The notes under the pieces: generated by a model
Told to the model about the DNA's origin: nothing
The model's database searches: none
What the model saw: the letters and a program-made list of their open reading frames with translations, nothing else
Program-made: the position numbers and the translations under genes
Source: Saprospiraceae bacterium
GTDB lineage: Bacteria > Bacteroidota > Bacteroidia > Chitinophagales > Saprospiraceae
DNA: 64,000 nucleotides
Assembly: GCA_016787345.1 (NCBI GenBank)
Contig: JAEUUU010000013.1
Span: 25,357-89,356, forward strand
Direction of reading: 5' to 3'
Shown here: one piece after another, positions 43,565 through 52,592 of the stretch
Layout of the letters: every line of letters starts with the position of its first letter
Numbering within the stretch: position 1 is the first letter of the stretch

Positions 43565-44335
43565 ATGCGCCAGCACATACCGAATTTGATCACACTCGGC
43601 AACCTGTTTTGCGGTTGCTGTGCCCTGCTGTGGGTACTGGCCGGCCGGCCGGATATCGCCCTTTGGTTTACGCTCGGCAGTTTCGCCTGCGATACGGCCG
43701 ACGGACTGGTAGCCCGCTCCCTGGGCGTATCGTCGCCCCTGGGCGTACAGCTCGATTCGCTGGCCGACGTGGTGAGTTTCGGGGTGGTACCGGGCGCAAT
43801 GCTGTATCGTCTGCTGTCTCCCCTGCCCTCCGCATTGGGGGCAACTTTTTACCCGCCGCTTTCCGCTTTGCCGGAACCATCGGGCCAACCCGAGTCCTTC
43901 CTGTTTTCGTGGGTGGCCATGCCGGCATTTGTGCTGACGCTGGCTGCTGCTTTCCGGTTGGGCAAATTCAACGTCGACACCCGCCAGACGAGTTATTTTC
44001 TGGGCCTCAGTACACCGGCCTGTACGGTATTTGTCACCGGTCTGGCGCTGACCGCCTTTTACAACCATTTCGGTATTGGCGCCTGGTTGCTGGCCAACAA
44101 CTGGGTCGTTTATCCGCTCACCGCCCTGCTGTCGTGGCTGATGGTTGCCGAAATCCCGCTGGCTGGCATGAAGATCAAGGGCTTTGGCTGGCGCGGCAAC
44201 GAGGCACTGATTACGATGCTCGCGGTGTTCGTCGCCCTGTTGTTTTTGGTAAAAGAACTGGCGTTTTGCCTCATCATCGTGTTGTATATTTTTTATTCCA
44301 TTTTTAATAAAAAAGCCATCACTTCGGCTGCCTGA
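43565..44335 (+). CDS. pssA: CDP-diacylglycerol--serine O-phosphatidyltransferase (CDP-alcohol phosphatidyltransferase family)
   Basis: Motif 'CDTADGLVARSLGVSSPLGVQLDSLADVVSFGV' (D-G-x2-A-R...D-x3-D). The ATG at 43565 is preferred over the upstream alternative start. Confidence 0.82.
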   Translation: MRQHIPNLITLGNLFCGCCALLWVLAGRPDIALWFTLGSFACDTADGLVARSLGVSSPLGVQLDSLADVVSFGVVPGAMLYRLLSPLPSALGATFYPPLSALPEPSGQPESFLFSWVAMPAFVLTLAAAFRLGKFNVDTRQTSYFLGLSTPACTVFVTGLALTAFYNHFGIGAWLLANNWVVYPLTALLSWLMVAEIPLAGMKIKGFGWRGNEALITMLAVFVALLFLVKELAFCLIIVLYIFYSIFNKKAITSAA

Positions 44336-44375
44336 ACACCGGGCCACTCTCACGTAAGCACTCTACCACCATACC

Positions 44376-44627
44376 ATGAAATTCGTCGCCGAAATTGACA
44401 TCATGCCCCACAAGGAACTCCTTGACCCGCAGGGCAAAACCGCACTCAACAACCTCAAACATCTGCACCTCACCGGTGTGACCGATCTGCGTATCGGCCG
44501 CCACGTTTCGATGAGCATTGAAGCGGCCACCGAGGCCGAAGCCCGCGAAAAAGTGGAAACAGCCTGTCAAAAACTGTTTGCCAACCTGATCGTGGAGACG
44601 TATTCCTACTCCATTTCGGTACAGTAA
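44376..44627 (+). CDS. purS: Phosphoribosylformylglycinamidine synthase subunit PurS
   Basis: 83 aa. 'VAEIDIMPHKELLDPQGKTALNNLKHL' is a typical PurS sequence. Confidence 0.88.
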   Translation: MKFVAEIDIMPHKELLDPQGKTALNNLKHLHLTGVTDLRIGRHVSMSIEAATEAEAREKVETACQKLFANLIVETYSYSISVQ

Positions 44628-44635
44628 TCCGAGCG

Positions 44636-45301
44636 ATGTTGTACGTCGTCCCTACCCCGATCGGTAATCTCGAAGACATCACACTTCGGGCCTTGCGCAT
44701 TTTGCGGGAGGCCAAAATTGTATTGGCGGAGGATACCCGCACCAGCCGGAAATTGCTCGATCATTACCAGATCACAACGCCATTGCGCGCCTTTCACGCC
44801 TTCAACGAACACGCCGTGGTGGAAAAGATCGCCGACGAACTGGCCGCCGGGGCAGATATGGCGCTCGTCAGCGATGCCGGTACGCCGGGCATCAGCGATC
44901 CGGGATTCCTGCTGGTCAGGGCTTGCGTGCGCAGAGGGGTAAAAGTGGAATGTCTGCCCGGACCCACCGCTTTTGTTCCGGCGCTGGTGGCCAGCGGATT
45001 GCCCTGCGACACCTTTCACTTCGAAGGCTTTTTGCCGCATAAAAAAGGGCGTCAGACCCGCCTGCGTTGGCTGGCCGAGCTGCCGCATACCTTCGTTTTG
45101 TACGAATCGCCGCACCGCCTCGTTCGTTGCCTCGACGAACTGGCGGCCGTTTGTGGTCCCGATCGCCCCGCCTGCGTGGCCCGCGAACTGAGCAAACTCC
45201 ACGAGGAGGTCAAGACCGCCCCGCTCAACGCACTGCATGCCCATTTTACAGCGAAGGAAGTCAAAGGCGAAATCGTGGTAGTGGTGGGTGGAAAACCGTA
45301 A
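44636..45301 (+). CDS. rsmI: 16S rRNA (cytidine1402-2'-O)-methyltransferase RsmI
   Basis: 'LYVVPTPIGNLEDITLRALRILREAKIVLAEDTR', 'SDAGTPGISDPG' and 'FEGFLP.KKG' motifs. Confidence 0.92.
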   Translation: MLYVVPTPIGNLEDITLRALRILREAKIVLAEDTRTSRKLLDHYQITTPLRAFHAFNEHAVVEKIADELAAGADMALVSDAGTPGISDPGFLLVRACVRRGVKVECLPGPTAFVPALVASGLPCDTFHFEGFLPHKKGRQTRLRWLAELPHTFVLYESPHRLVRCLDELAAVCGPDRPACVARELSKLHEEVKTAPLNALHAHFTAKEVKGEIVVVVGGKP

Positions 45302-45372
45302 TGCCCGGCTAGTGACGACAAAAACCGGCGCGCTTCGCGAGAAAAATTAGTGTCGCACAAAGCCCCATTTGC

Positions 45373-46476
45373 TCAGGCTCTTTTGCGGTACGTCCACACC
45401 GCCAGTCCGTTTACCACGACCGCGTAGGCAAATACCGTCATCAGGTTTTGGCGTATTTCGGCGAAACCGGCGCCTTTGAGCAGCACCAGGCGCATAAATT
45501 CGACAAAATATTTGACCGGATTGAGGGTGTTCAGCCATTGCGCCCACTGGGGCATACTCTCCACAGGCGTAAACAATCCGCACATCAGAATAAAAATGAT
45601 CATAAAAAACCAGGCTGTGAACATGGCCTGCTGCTGCGATTCGGCGAAATTGGAGATCAAAAAGCCGAGGCCGAGCATGGTGGGAGCAAACGTCAGGGTG
45701 TACAAAAACACTAGCCACAGATCGCCTTCTATCGGGATACGAAACACCAGCCAGCCGGCAGTAAGACCCACGGTCATCATAAACAGGGAGAGTATCCAGA
45801 ACGGGAGCAGTTTGCCGAGTATGAATTGCCATTTGTGAATAGGCGTCACGTTCAATTGCTCGATGGTGCCGATCTCCCGTTCGCGCACGATGTTCAGCGC
45901 GGTGAGAAAACAGATGATGAGGGCGACGATTTCTCCCAAAATACCGGGCACCATGAAGGTTTTGTAATCGAGCCGGGGGTTGTACCAATTGCTGTACACA
46001 ACTTCCACGCCCTGGCGCCGGCTGCCCGCCGGGGCAGGCACGGGCGGGGTGAAATCGCGCACGATGCCGCCGGCATAACCCATGGCCAGGCCGGCCTTGG
46101 TCGCATTGATAGCGTTGGCCGTGAGATTGACGCTGGCGTGCCCCTCACGTACGAGGTCGCGCTCAAAATTGGCGGGGATCTCCAGCAAAAGATCGGTGCG
46201 GTCGCGGGCCAGGTCTTCTGCCGCTTCGGCAGTGGAAAAGCCGGCGTCTTTGATCTGAAAATAGCCCGAGGCCGTGAATTTGCTCACCAACTGCCGCGAA
46301 GCCGGCGACAAATCGTTGTCGACCACCCCGAGGTGCAGGTTTTTGATTTCGTAGTTGGCAGCAAAGGAGAGCAGGAGGGTCTGGAAGACCGGCATAATCA
46401 GGATCATCGGCAACATCATTTTGTTGCGGCGGATCTGGAGAAACTCCTTTTGAACGAGGAAAAGAATCGTGCGCAT
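45373..46476 (-). CDS. ABC-2 type transporter permease (YbhR/YbhS-like)
   Basis: 'LVQKEFLQIRRNKMMLPMILIMP' start, a large first periplasmic loop, and five C-terminal TM helices. Confidence 0.88.
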   Translation of the reverse strand: MRTILFLVQKEFLQIRRNKMMLPMILIMPVFQTLLLSFAANYEIKNLHLGVVDNDLSPASRQLVSKFTASGYFQIKDAGFSTAEAAEDLARDRTDLLLEIPANFERDLVREGHASVNLTANAINATKAGLAMGYAGGIVRDFTPPVPAPAGSRRQGVEVVYSNWYNPRLDYKTFMVPGILGEIVALIICFLTALNIVREREIGTIEQLNVTPIHKWQFILGKLLPFWILSLFMMTVGLTAGWLVFRIPIEGDLWLVFLYTLTFAPTMLGLGFLISNFAESQQQAMFTAWFFMIIFILMCGLFTPVESMPQWAQWLNTLNPVKYFVEFMRLVLLKGAGFAEIRQNLMTVFAYAVVVNGLAVWTYRKRA

Positions 46477-46486
46477 GGTCGTTGGT

Positions 46487-47596
46487 TCAGGCTAATCGGT
46501 CTTTAAAATTGCGCATACTGATGGCGATGAAAAACAGGGCCATAAAGCCCAGTACAAGGGTATTGAGCCAAAGCGTTTCAAGTCCCACTCCTTTGATCAT
46601 AATGCCTTTGATGATGGGATTGAACCAGGTGGCCGGTACGATATTTCCGATGACTTGCAGGGCCATGGGCATACTTTCTCTTGGAAAAATAAAACCCGAC
46701 AGCAGCATGGTCGGCATCATCAGGCCGAGGCCCGACATGAACAGGGCCGCGATCTGCGTGTTGGCACGGGTACTGATAAAAATACCCAGCGACAGCGATA
46801 CGAACATGTATAAAAAACATTCGCCCGCCAACAACAAAACACTTCCGCGCAGGGGCATCCCGAATACAAACATGCCCAACAGCACGACGATCAACGCATT
46901 CACAAAAGACAAAACCAGATAGGGCGCCGTTTTACCCAAAATAATCTGGATCGGTCGCAAAGGCGATACCAGCAACACCTCCATCGTGCCCATTTCCTTT
47001 TCCCGGGCGAGGGTGATGGAGGTCATCATGGCCGAAATAAGCATCAAAATGAGCGTCATAACCCCCGGTACGAAATTGAAAACCGCTTTTTGCTCCGGAT
47101 TGTACAACATCCGCGTCTGGGCTTCGATACGCAGCGGCGGCACGGCAGCAGAGCGGTTCTGGGCCGCTTGCCAGTCGAGCACAATGGCGTTGGCGTAGTT
47201 GATCAGCGTAGTGGCGGCATTGGGGTCGGAAGCGTCGCCGATGAGCTGGAGTTGGGCTTTGCCTTCGTGCGCGAGTTGCTGCGCAAAGTCGGGCGGAAAA
47301 ACCACCGCCATCTTGATCTTGCCGCTGCGAAAAGCAGGCTCGAGTTCTTCGGTGCTGCTCAGGTTGCGTTCCAGCCGGAAATAGCCGCTCGACAACAGTT
47401 GATTGGTCAGCGAGATGCTCGACACGTCTTTGGATGGATCGAGGATGGCCACAGCGGCGTTTTTGATTTCGTTGGTCAGTACAAAACCGAAGAGCAACAC
47501 CTGTACGACCGGCATCCCGAACAGAATCATCAGCGTGCGGCGGTCGCGCAGGATGTGGCGGAATTCTTTTTTGACAAAAGCAGAAAAACGGCTCAT
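46487..47596 (-). CDS. ABC-2 type transporter permease (YbhS/YbhR-like)
   Basis: 'FVKKEFRHILRDRRTLMILFGMP' start. Paralogous architecture to 45373..46476. Confidence 0.88.
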   Translation of the reverse strand: MSRFSAFVKKEFRHILRDRRTLMILFGMPVVQVLLFGFVLTNEIKNAAVAILDPSKDVSSISLTNQLLSSGYFRLERNLSSTEELEPAFRSGKIKMAVVFPPDFAQQLAHEGKAQLQLIGDASDPNAATTLINYANAIVLDWQAAQNRSAAVPPLRIEAQTRMLYNPEQKAVFNFVPGVMTLILMLISAMMTSITLAREKEMGTMEVLLVSPLRPIQIILGKTAPYLVLSFVNALIVVLLGMFVFGMPLRGSVLLLAGECFLYMFVSLSLGIFISTRANTQIAALFMSGLGLMMPTMLLSGFIFPRESMPMALQVIGNIVPATWFNPIIKGIMIKGVGLETLWLNTLVLGFMALFFIAISMRNFKDRLA

Positions 47597-47602
47597 ACGA
47601 AC

Positions 47603-48382
47603 TTATTCTTCGGGTGATTTAAAAATATGGGGCACATGACCGTCGCGCACCACGGGCTCGTCGGGGCGTGCCAGTCGGCGGAATACTTCGTCCATATCGG
47701 CGGCAGAAAAATGCTTTTTCAGGTTGCCGGGCGTGTCGAGCGCGTCCATACGGCCATCGACCATGATGCTGACCCGGTCGCAGTATTCGGACTCGTCCAT
47801 ATAATGCGTCGTGACCATCAGCGTAACGCCCTGATGCGCCGCTTCGTAGATCAGATCCCAGAACTGTCGCCGGGTAAGCGGGTCGACACCGCTGGTGGGT
47901 TCGTCGAGGAATACGATACGGGGCTCGTGCAAGAGGGCGACCGAGAAAGCGAGTTTTTGTTTCCAGCCCAGCGGCAGGCTGCCAACGAGCGCGTCGGCCT
48001 GGGCGCCGAGCTGGAGTTTGTCGAGCAATAGGCCGGTTTTTCGGCGAATGTCGGGGGTACTCAAACCATAGATTCCGCCGTAAAACCGGATGTTTTCGCG
48101 CACCGTCAGGTCTTCATACAAACTGAATCGCTGGCTCATGTACCCGATGCGGCGTTTGACCTCCTCGGGGTAGCGCTCCACGTCGTAGCCAGCCACGAAG
48201 GCTTTGCCCTGCGAGGGTTTGAGCAACCCTGTGAGCATTTTGAGGGCGGTGGTTTTGCCGGCCCCGTTGGCCCCGAGAAACCCGAATATTTCACCTGGCG
48301 CCACCTCGAAGCTGATGGCATCGACGGCAGTAAAATGGCCGAAAGTTTTGGTGAGCCGGTCCGTTTGAATGACAGCCTGCAT
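47603..48382 (-). CDS. ABC transporter ATP-binding protein
   Basis: Walker A 'GANGAGKTT', signature-region equivalent, Walker B 'IVFLDEPTSGVD'. Confidence 0.9.
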   Translation of the reverse strand: MQAVIQTDRLTKTFGHFTAVDAISFEVAPGEIFGFLGANGAGKTTALKMLTGLLKPSQGKAFVAGYDVERYPEEVKRRIGYMSQRFSLYEDLTVRENIRFYGGIYGLSTPDIRRKTGLLLDKLQLGAQADALVGSLPLGWKQKLAFSVALLHEPRIVFLDEPTSGVDPLTRRQFWDLIYEAAHQGVTLMVTTHYMDESEYCDRVSIMVDGRMDALDTPGNLKKHFSAADMDEVFRRLARPDEPVVRDGHVPHIFKSPEE

Positions 48383-48393
48383 GGGGGTGTTTT

Positions 48394-49302
48394 TTAATGG
48401 TTCAAAAACTCGATGAAACAGTCTTCTATCGTCGCAGGAGTGGGACTTACTTCAACGGCCTCGTGGCGGCGCTCGATCAGATAACGCCGTACGTCGTCGA
48501 GACCGATGGCGGTATCGCGCAGCGACAAATGCGCTGATTCGCCAAAAGCATAACAGCCAGCCGCGCCAGGCAATTCGCGCAGATCGCGGATGAGGCGGTA
48601 CATATCGTCGGCTCGCACGGCAAACAGCGGCCTGGGGTACGCCGCGCGCACTTTTTCCGGGGTGTCGATGGTCAGAATCTCGCCCTGCTGAATGAGCGCG
48701 ATGCGGTCGCACAGCTCCGCCTCATCCATGTAGGGCGTACTGACCAGTATGGTAATGCCCCACTGACGAAGGCGGCGGAGCATGTCCCAGAACTCCTGCC
48801 GCGACACGGGGTCGACACCGGTGCCGGGCTCGTCGAGGAGCAGCACCTCGGGTTTGTGAATCAATGCGCAGCAAAGGGCCAGTTTTTGTTTCATGCCGCC
48901 GGATAAGGCGCCTGCCCGCCGGTCGCGGAAAGGCTCGATCTGGACATATATCTCGCGGATGAGTTCGTAGTTTTCTTCAATGCTCGAACCGAATACGCTG
49001 GCGAAAAACTCGAGGTTTTCGCGCACGGTCAGGTCCTGGTAGAGCGAAAACCGGCCGGGCATGTAGCCGAGTTTGGTACGCAGTTTTTTGTAATCCCCAA
49101 CCGGATCAAGCCCTGCTACCCGCGCACTGCCGCTGTCGGGGAGCAGCAAAGTGGCCAGTATGCGGAAGAGGGTCGTTTTGCCCGCCCCGTCGGGACCGAT
49201 CAGCCCGAAGATCTCCCCTTCCCTGACGGAAAGATTGATGTTTTTCAGCGCCTGTACCTCGCCATAGGCTTTGGACAGGTTGGTGGTGGTGATAGAGGAC
49301 AT
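48394..49302 (-). CDS. ABC transporter ATP-binding protein
   Basis: Walker A 'GPDGAGKTT', signature 'LSGGMKQK', Walker B 'VLLLDEPGTGVD'. Start trimmed to the ATG at 49302. The track's 'MSILSILSILSILS' extension is a read-through of the 9-bp repeat. Confidence 0.9.
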   Translation of the reverse strand: MSSITTTNLSKAYGEVQALKNINLSVREGEIFGLIGPDGAGKTTLFRILATLLLPDSGSARVAGLDPVGDYKKLRTKLGYMPGRFSLYQDLTVRENLEFFASVFGSSIEENYELIREIYVQIEPFRDRRAGALSGGMKQKLALCCALIHKPEVLLLDEPGTGVDPVSRQEFWDMLRRLRQWGITILVSTPYMDEAELCDRIALIQQGEILTIDTPEKVRAAYPRPLFAVRADDMYRLIRDLRELPGAAGCYAFGESAHLSLRDTAIGLDDVRRYLIERRHEAVEVSPTPATIEDCFIEFLNH

Positions 49303-49311
49303 GGTGATGAT

Positions 49312-49535
49312 AGGACAGGTTTTTTTATTAGACAGGATTGACAAGATTGACAAGATTGACAAGATTGACAAGATTGACAGGATAAATGCTATTCAAGCAT
49401 TTGATTAGGTTATGGACAGGTTTTTTTATTAGACAGGATTTACAAGATTGACAGGATTAAAACCTGTGCAGCGGCGAAGCCGCTAAATCCTGTTAATCTT
49501 GTAAATCCTGTCTAATAAAATCCTGTCCAATAAAA
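49312..49535. repeat. Hairpin repeat element, family B (copy 2) with duplicated left arm
   Basis: Inverted repeat 49428-49457 / 49487-49516 (30 bp, one mismatch). The loop contains 'gcggcgaagccgc'. An extra left-arm copy at 49312-49388 carries the 9-bp repeat expansion. Confidence 0.85.
49336..49380. repeat. 9-bp tandem repeat (gattgacaa)x4 + gattgacag
   Basis: Five contiguous 9-bp units lie 34 bp upstream of the ATPase start codon. The other two copies of this arm have only two units. Confidence 0.9.
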
Positions 49536-49541
49536 ACCCAG

Positions 49542-50483
49542 TCAATCACCCCCCATTCGAATTTCACCCGGCATCCCGATTTTGAGACTGCCGTCGGCAT
49601 TGGGTACTTTCACTTTTACGGCGTACACGAGGTTGACGCGTTCGTCTTTGGTCTGGACGATTTTGGGCGTAAACTCCGCTTTGTCCGAAACCCAGGTCAC
49701 TGTGCCTTCCATCTCGTTCATTTTGCCGTCGGGCGCATCAATCGAGACTTTTACTTTCTGGCCCACTTTAACGACGCCGAGTTGGTCGCCGGCGATGTAG
49801 GCGCGCAGGATCATGGTGTCGAGCCGGGCAATTTTGTAAAGCGGCTTGCCGAAGGTGGCGATTTCGCCGGCCTCGGCGTATTGCACGAGTACTGTCCCTT
49901 CGAGCGGGTTGGTGATGCGGCACTGGGCGATCTGGTCGTCGAGTTGGGCGATTTGTTTCTGCAGGGGCAGGATTTCGGCCAGAAGCCCGGTTTTCTGGAC
50001 GTTCAGACTGGCATCTGTGGCGCCTTGCTGGCCCAGGATGACGTCCATTTGTCGCTGGGTTTGTTCGATTTGGGCATTGAGGTCGTCGAGTTGTTTAGGG
50101 GTAGCGGCATCGCTTTTGAGCAGATTTTCGATGCGTTGTTTTTCGCGCTGCAGCGTGGCCAGGTTTTGTTTGGTCGCGGCCATCTGGCGTTCAAAAACAG
50201 CCAGTTGGGCGCTGATGGCCGGACTTTTGGCGGCAATGGCCCGGATGGTGGCCTGCAGTTGTTCTTTTTTCAGGACCAATTGCACCGAATCGATGGCGCC
50301 GATCACTTCGCCGGTTTTGAGGTTTTGGCCTTCGTCGAGACGAAGGGCGAGTATCTGGCCGTTGGCCTCGGCGCTGACAATACGCTCGTCGGCTTCAAAA
50401 TTGCCATAGGCGTCGGCCTTGGAGGAGGAAGATTGGCAGGAAATGACGAACAGCGACAACAATAGCAAAGAGAAGTATTTCAT
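49542..50483 (-). CDS. HlyD-family periplasmic adaptor (YbhG-like)
   Basis: Lipoprotein-like start 'LLLLSLFVISCQ', a long coiled-coil hairpin, and a beta-barrel C-terminus ('KVKVPNADGSLKIGMPGEI'). Confidence 0.88.
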   Translation of the reverse strand: MKYFSLLLLSLFVISCQSSSSKADAYGNFEADERIVSAEANGQILALRLDEGQNLKTGEVIGAIDSVQLVLKKEQLQATIRAIAAKSPAISAQLAVFERQMAATKQNLATLQREKQRIENLLKSDAATPKQLDDLNAQIEQTQRQMDVILGQQGATDASLNVQKTGLLAEILPLQKQIAQLDDQIAQCRITNPLEGTVLVQYAEAGEIATFGKPLYKIARLDTMILRAYIAGDQLGVVKVGQKVKVSIDAPDGKMNEMEGTVTWVSDKAEFTPKIVQTKDERVNLVYAVKVKVPNADGSLKIGMPGEIRMGGD

Positions 50484-50531
50484 CAGATGGGAATGTTTAC
50501 AGGAAAAAATGGGTTGGAATGTTTAAAAAGA

Positions 50532-51812
50532 TCAATTGGCGCCAAAGTGCGCGTCGAGCATTTCCCGGGCCTGCCGGGCCTGTATCTGGTGTGTGGCGCG
50601 GGTCAGCCGGGCCTGCGTCAGGATGTTGATTTGCGCGAGGTAGTCGGTGGCGGTCATCACGCCGTTTTGCACCTGCGCCTCGGCTCTTTTGACGATGTCT
50701 TCCTGCAGGCGAATAATCTCTTCGTCTTGCCGCAATTGTGCGTCTGCTTTGGCGATTTCACCGCGGTCGCGACGAATTTGGGCATCGAGCCGCAAGCGGA
50801 TGCTTTGGGCCTGGGCGTCGAGCAGGTTTTGTTGCAGCGACAGCACCTGGCGTTCGCGGCGGGTATTGCCCCAGTCGATGGGCGTCCAGGCGGCACGCAG
50901 CCCGATGATGGCAAAGGGCTGGAAGTCTGTTTCAAAAAAATTCAGCGGATTGGGGCTGCCCAGGCCACCCTGCACGAAAGCTTCCACCCTGGGCTGACGG
51001 CGCAGGTTCAGGGCGTCGGCTTGTAAAACCTGCGCTTGTTGTTGCAGCTTGATCAGTTTGAATTCGGGGCGCGTATCGATCAGTTCGGGACCGGCCGGAG
51101 TATTTACGGGCGGCATAGCCGGGGCCACGAGCCCGAAATCAACCTGCGGCCGCCCGATCCAGGCTGCCAGAATATCGAGCAGGGTATTGCGGTCGGCGCG
51201 TACCGCTTCGAGCTGTTGTTCGGTTTTCCAGATCTGGATTTGCAACTGGTCGGCCGTGGTACGAAGGGCAACACCGCCGGCCACTGCCGCCTGCGCCTGT
51301 TTGAGGCGGGCATTCAGATCGCCGCGGGTGGCTTCGAGGATGCGTTCGCTTTCATTGAGCAGCAGCACTTTAAAAAAAAGATCGGTCACGACTTCCCTGA
51401 CCTGAAACACGTCCACGTCGGTTTGCGCCGCGGTGACCTGGCTTTCCAGATTGCGCTGCCGGCGGGCGTATTGGTCGCTGTTGCCGTCCCAAATGCGCTG
51501 CGCCACGTCGACGTTCAGCTTGTACTGGTCTTTGGGCACCTCCGGCACCCGGAATAGCGGACTTTCGATGGGCAACCCGAATACGTCGGTTTGCCAGCTC
51601 GCCTGCGCGCCTACGCTGACGCGGGGCAGGTTGTTGCTGCGAATATTGCGGGTCTGCAAGGCACTGACGCTTTCGGCCAGCAGTTTTTTCTGTTGCAGCG
51701 GACTGTTTTGCACCGCGAGTTGGCGTACTTGTTCGATGCCAAGGCTGTCTGTAGCGCCGGCAAAAGGAAGCCAAACGAGCAGCAGCAGTAGACTAAAAAA
51801 GGTCGTTTTCAT
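50532..51812 (-). CDS. TolC-family outer membrane efflux protein
   Basis: Signal peptide 'MKTTFFSLLLLLVWLPFAGA'. Two OEP repeats. Confidence 0.88.
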   Translation of the reverse strand: MKTTFFSLLLLLVWLPFAGATDSLGIEQVRQLAVQNSPLQQKKLLAESVSALQTRNIRSNNLPRVSVGAQASWQTDVFGLPIESPLFRVPEVPKDQYKLNVDVAQRIWDGNSDQYARRQRNLESQVTAAQTDVDVFQVREVVTDLFFKVLLLNESERILEATRGDLNARLKQAQAAVAGGVALRTTADQLQIQIWKTEQQLEAVRADRNTLLDILAAWIGRPQVDFGLVAPAMPPVNTPAGPELIDTRPEFKLIKLQQQAQVLQADALNLRRQPRVEAFVQGGLGSPNPLNFFETDFQPFAIIGLRAAWTPIDWGNTRRERQVLSLQQNLLDAQAQSIRLRLDAQIRRDRGEIAKADAQLRQDEEIIRLQEDIVKRAEAQVQNGVMTATDYLAQINILTQARLTRATHQIQARQAREMLDAHFGAN

Positions 51813-51848
51813 ATAAAAAATAACAAATTCGGTTCTGATAAATAGGTT

Positions 51849-52481
51849 TTAGGGGCGCAGCGCAGCGAAAATGAAAGACTTCACTTCTTCCTTTCTTTCT
51901 TTTAAAAACAGGTTCAGTTCCTGTGAACTCATGCCCATCACGATACGCAACATCGGGCGGGCAACGATGGGAAAAACGCACATGGAAAGCACGTTGACGA
52001 GCAAATGGCGCGGCGAAATGGGCCGTATCCGGCCTTCTGCCACAGCCTCCTCTACCTGCCGGAAAAAGCGCTCGGGGCGCGGCGGCGCGGCAGGAATTAT
52101 TTTTTCGAAAAACTGGTCGGGGTGTTTGTTGATCTCGCCGATGATGAACAGCGGCACAAACGGGTTGCGGGAAATCAGGTCGATGTAAAAGTCTACGAAG
52201 CGCTCGATCTTCTGCTCCAGCGGCATGTCGGCCTCGATCAATTGCTGCACGGCCGGAAAGGCCCGGTTGATGACAGCCTTGGCCACCATTTCGAAGAGTT
52301 TTTCCTTGGTGCGGAAGTAATAGTGCAGCAACGCTTTGTTGATGCCGGCATGGTCGGCGATCTCCTGCATTTTGGCCCCATCGAGGCCTTTTTGTACAAA
52401 AACCTGGTGCGCAGCGTCGAAAATGCGTTGTTCGGTGCTGTCGGCCAATTCCGGTGTCGTGGGCTTCTCCGTGTTATCCAT
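51849..52481 (-). CDS. TetR/AcrR-family transcriptional regulator
   Basis: HTH 'RIFDAAHQVFVQKGLDGAKMQEIADHAGINKALLHYYFRTKEKLF'. Start trimmed to the ATG at 52481. Confidence 0.88.
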   Translation of the reverse strand: MDNTEKPTTPELADSTEQRIFDAAHQVFVQKGLDGAKMQEIADHAGINKALLHYYFRTKEKLFEMVAKAVINRAFPAVQQLIEADMPLEQKIERFVDFYIDLISRNPFVPLFIIGEINKHPDQFFEKIIPAAPPRPERFFRQVEEAVAEGRIRPISPRHLLVNVLSMCVFPIVARPMLRIVMGMSSQELNLFLKERKEEVKSFIFAALRP

Positions 52482-52592
52482 CAAGTTTAACCGTTTGGTT
52501 AATTTTGGGACAAAGGTGAAGCCCACACAGGAATGTCGCAAGCTTTTTGACTAAAAAATTTAACCAGATGGTTAAATCGGCGACGGGTTACG

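Noticed and set aside
49303-49371. N-terminal extension 'MSILSILSILSILSNKKTCPIIT' of the ABC ATPase
   Set aside because: It is a translation of the 9-bp tandem repeat and hairpin arm. The canonical ABC N-terminus begins at the ATG at 49302.
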